Positions 61,232 to 64,000 of a stretch of DNA of 64,000 nt are shown here, in pieces. The position numbers were made by a program, and so were the translations under genes. The DNA is from Octopus sinensis (lineage: Eukaryota): contig NC_043000.1 in NCBI RefSeq assembly GCF_006345805.1, forward strand, positions 66,960,001 through 67,024,000. Reading direction: 5' to 3'. Position 1 is the first letter of the stretch; every line of letters starts with the position of its first letter. A model generated the notes under the pieces. The model saw only the letters and a list, made by a program, of their open reading frames with translations, searched no databases and was not told the origin of the DNA.

Positions 61232-64000
61232 TGTATGTATACACACAGATGTATATGTATGTGTGTTGTGTGTGTGTATATCCATGTAAGTGCATATCTG
61301 GATATTTGCATGTATGTATATATTTGTACTTGCCTCTGTGTGTGTGTGTACATATGCATAAATATTCAAAAGTTGATAAATTGTTTTCATTGTGTTAACA
61401 CTAATAGCAACAACTGGTTGTTCAATATCATTGACCATTGAACCAGTTGATGGTAGAACTGACAGTTGTAATGTGATTTGCTGTCAGTCTACCTTTGAAT
61501 TAAACCTGTTTGACTCTACAGTTTTAGTTTGAATGTTTTGTTTGAAAACATTTTATCCCAGTGATTAATACACACACACACATATAGTGGTTACTGCATC
61601 TATACAGTTTAGAGCAGGTGTGACATCTACAGGTGCTGCACTTTCCATCTTATTCATGTATATCATCATCATCGTCGTCATCATCATCATCATTTTAAAA
61701 GCAGCAAATTGGATGGTAGAATCAATATTAGCATGCTAGGCAAATTGCTTAGCAGCATTTCTTTCTGCTTTTCACATTCTGGATTCAAATTCATCCTTGC
61801 AGGAATTAATAAAATAAGTACTGGTTGAACACCAAAGTTGATGTAATTGACTATCCCATTCCCCACGAAAATCTGGCCTTGTGCTGATAGTGGAATGAAT
61901 TTTTGTTATTATGGTAAGCTAGCAGAATCATTAAAACACTGGGCAAAATGCTTAACAATATTTCATCTGTTTTTACATTCTGAGTTCAAATTCTGCTGAG
62001 GTCGACTTTACCTTTCATCCTTTTGGGGTTGATGAAATAAGTACCATTTGAACATTGGGCTTGATGTAACCGACTACCTCCCTTCCCTCAAATTTCAGGC
62101 CTTGTGCCTATAGTAGAAAGGATTATTATCAATAATATCATGCTAACTTTTTGCTTTTGTTCATATGTACCTGTAGTGTGTGACACACTTATTTCAAATG
62201 AAGCAGTAAAAATGTTGAAGGGAGAGGTACAAAGAAAAAGAGAAATAAAAGGTGTTAAGCAGAGGAGGTATAGTTGAAGTGAGTGGCAAAGTGGGAGAGA
62301 GAGGAGGGACAGAGACAGTGAGTGGTGACTGAAAGGAAGGTGGTGTTCCTTTTTAGGTTTTTAAATGTTTATCAGTATTTACAGAGTAGACTGACACATA
62401 CATCAAAAGAAAATAGATACATATATCCAAAGAAAATAGGTACATAGACACATTGGTAAATGAAAGACAAATAACTACAGCGAATATTAGATGCCACTTT
62501 CACTTTCATTACCACACCAAGATAAAATTAACGCACAAGTGGTTGAGTACTCCACAGATAAGTGTACCATTAACATAGTTCTCAGGGAGATTCAGCCCCA
62601 CATAGAATGTAACAAGGCTGGCCCCTTGGAATCTTCACTCTCTTAACCGTAGAGAAAAAGAGTGAAGTGATAGAGACAGAGAAAGGAAAGCCTCAGTCAT
62701 TTACAATGACAATTAGACTGAAATACAATCGATCTTTTCTAGCTTCTTTACAATTAACAATGAAGAAGCAGTAAAGACATTTAGTAATGAATAGAGAGTA
62801 AGTCTTTCAGGTGTTTACATTTTCATTCTGGAGTGTTAGTTCTCTCTTCTTTCTCCCACCCCTGGTACTTATTCACCTTGTTTGATAGTTCTTCATGTCA
62901 TTTAGTAGTGTGGGGAAAGACCATGTTTTTTTTTTCAGGCATGTTTAACATTTTCTTTACAAGCTACAAACAAGCCCCACTCCCTTCCTTTTTTTTTCCA
63001 TACAAAAACTTATGCAAATTTTGAATGGGGTATAGCTGTGAAAAGAGCCTAGAAAAATGGGTAATACTTACTACAAAATGGGTGGGGAGAAAAGCTGCCA
63101 ACAGGTGGCTACATGAAATTCAACTCTATACTTTAAAGAGTATCTTCCACTATAACCTTGGGCCGACCAAAACCTCGTGAGTGAATTTGGTAGATGGAAA
63201 CTGAAAGAAGCCTGTCGTGTGCGTGTGTGTGTGTGTGTGTATTTATGGTGTTTTTGCATACTCATAACTTAGCTGTTTGGCAGACGAGACTGATAGAATA
63301 AGCACCAGGCTTATAGGGAATAAGTCAAGGGGTCAATTTCTTTGATTAAAGGGCAGTGCTCCAGCATGGCTACTGTCAAATGACTGAAACAAGTAAAGGA
63401 ATAAAAGAATATCAGAAGAATGTTTTGTACTACTAAACTAAGAAGGTTCTTTCAATATGTATGATGTACTTTAAGGCTAAATAGTAATTCTGTTTACATT
63501 TGCATAACTGAGATATTTTGGTTGGGTTATATAGTTATCGGTTTTACACTTCTTTCTATATTCTGTAAGTGTCACAATGTAGAAACATTTCTCTTGTCAC
63601 CAGCACACAATGTGCAGGTGCTTACATTTTTTAGGTTTTCTGTGAAGTTTTCACAGGTCCAGCTAGTGATTAATATTATTATTGAAGGTGATGAGCTGGC
63701 AGAATTCTTGCCATGGCAGGAAAAATGCATAGCGACATTTGAATTCCACCAAGGTCAGCTTTGCCTTTTATCCTTTCAGGGTCAATAAAATAAGTACCAG
63801 TCAAGTACTGGTATTGATGCAATCAATTTAACCCCGCCATTGAAATTGCTGGCCTTGTGCCAAAATTTGAAACCAATATTATTATTGTTATTATTATTAT
63901 TATTATTATAACAACATGCTAGTTGAACCATTAGCATCTTGGACAAAATGTTCAGTGGCATTTCTGGCTTTATATTCTGAGTTCAAATACCACTGTGGCT

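Noticed and set aside
59650-61441. Many long Y/I/M/C/V/H/T-rich ORFs (also 57190-57585 and 31922-32232)
   Set aside because: Translations of microsatellites.
63480-63680. Intron-like signals on both strands
   Set aside because: Every join I tested reaches a stop within a few codons.

Overview
AT-rich, repeat-dense eukaryotic genomic DNA. The repeat families and intron sizes suggest an octopus or other coleoid cephalopod (inference). Bases 1-25.9 kb hold the last 11 coding exons of CDC45 on the + strand. All junctions are GT-AG and phase-consistent, with the stop at 25734-25736 and AATAAA at 25877. The rest of the window is a mosaic of mobile elements: RTE LINE fragments and (GAT)n-tailed RTE 3' ends, three tRNA-derived SINE families, a young GC-rich CR1/L2-type LINE with an intact 459-codon RT ORF, mariner, hAT/Buster and piggyBac-like MITEs, Helitron remnants, and two Penelope-like (GIY-YIG) remnants. 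The most unusual signal is minimal type I hammerhead ribozymes built into long inverted repeats. One is a structurally complete motif at 50282-50324 (-), in a 110-bp-arm foldback beside a GIY-YIG fragment. A second lies at 55282-55327 (+) in another foldback, with a decayed mirror copy. A CpG-rich putative promoter (~40.9 kb) and a weak minus-strand exon chain (52.4-58.6 kb) hint at a further, unidentified transcription unit. Repeat boundaries are approximate unless a TSD is given.
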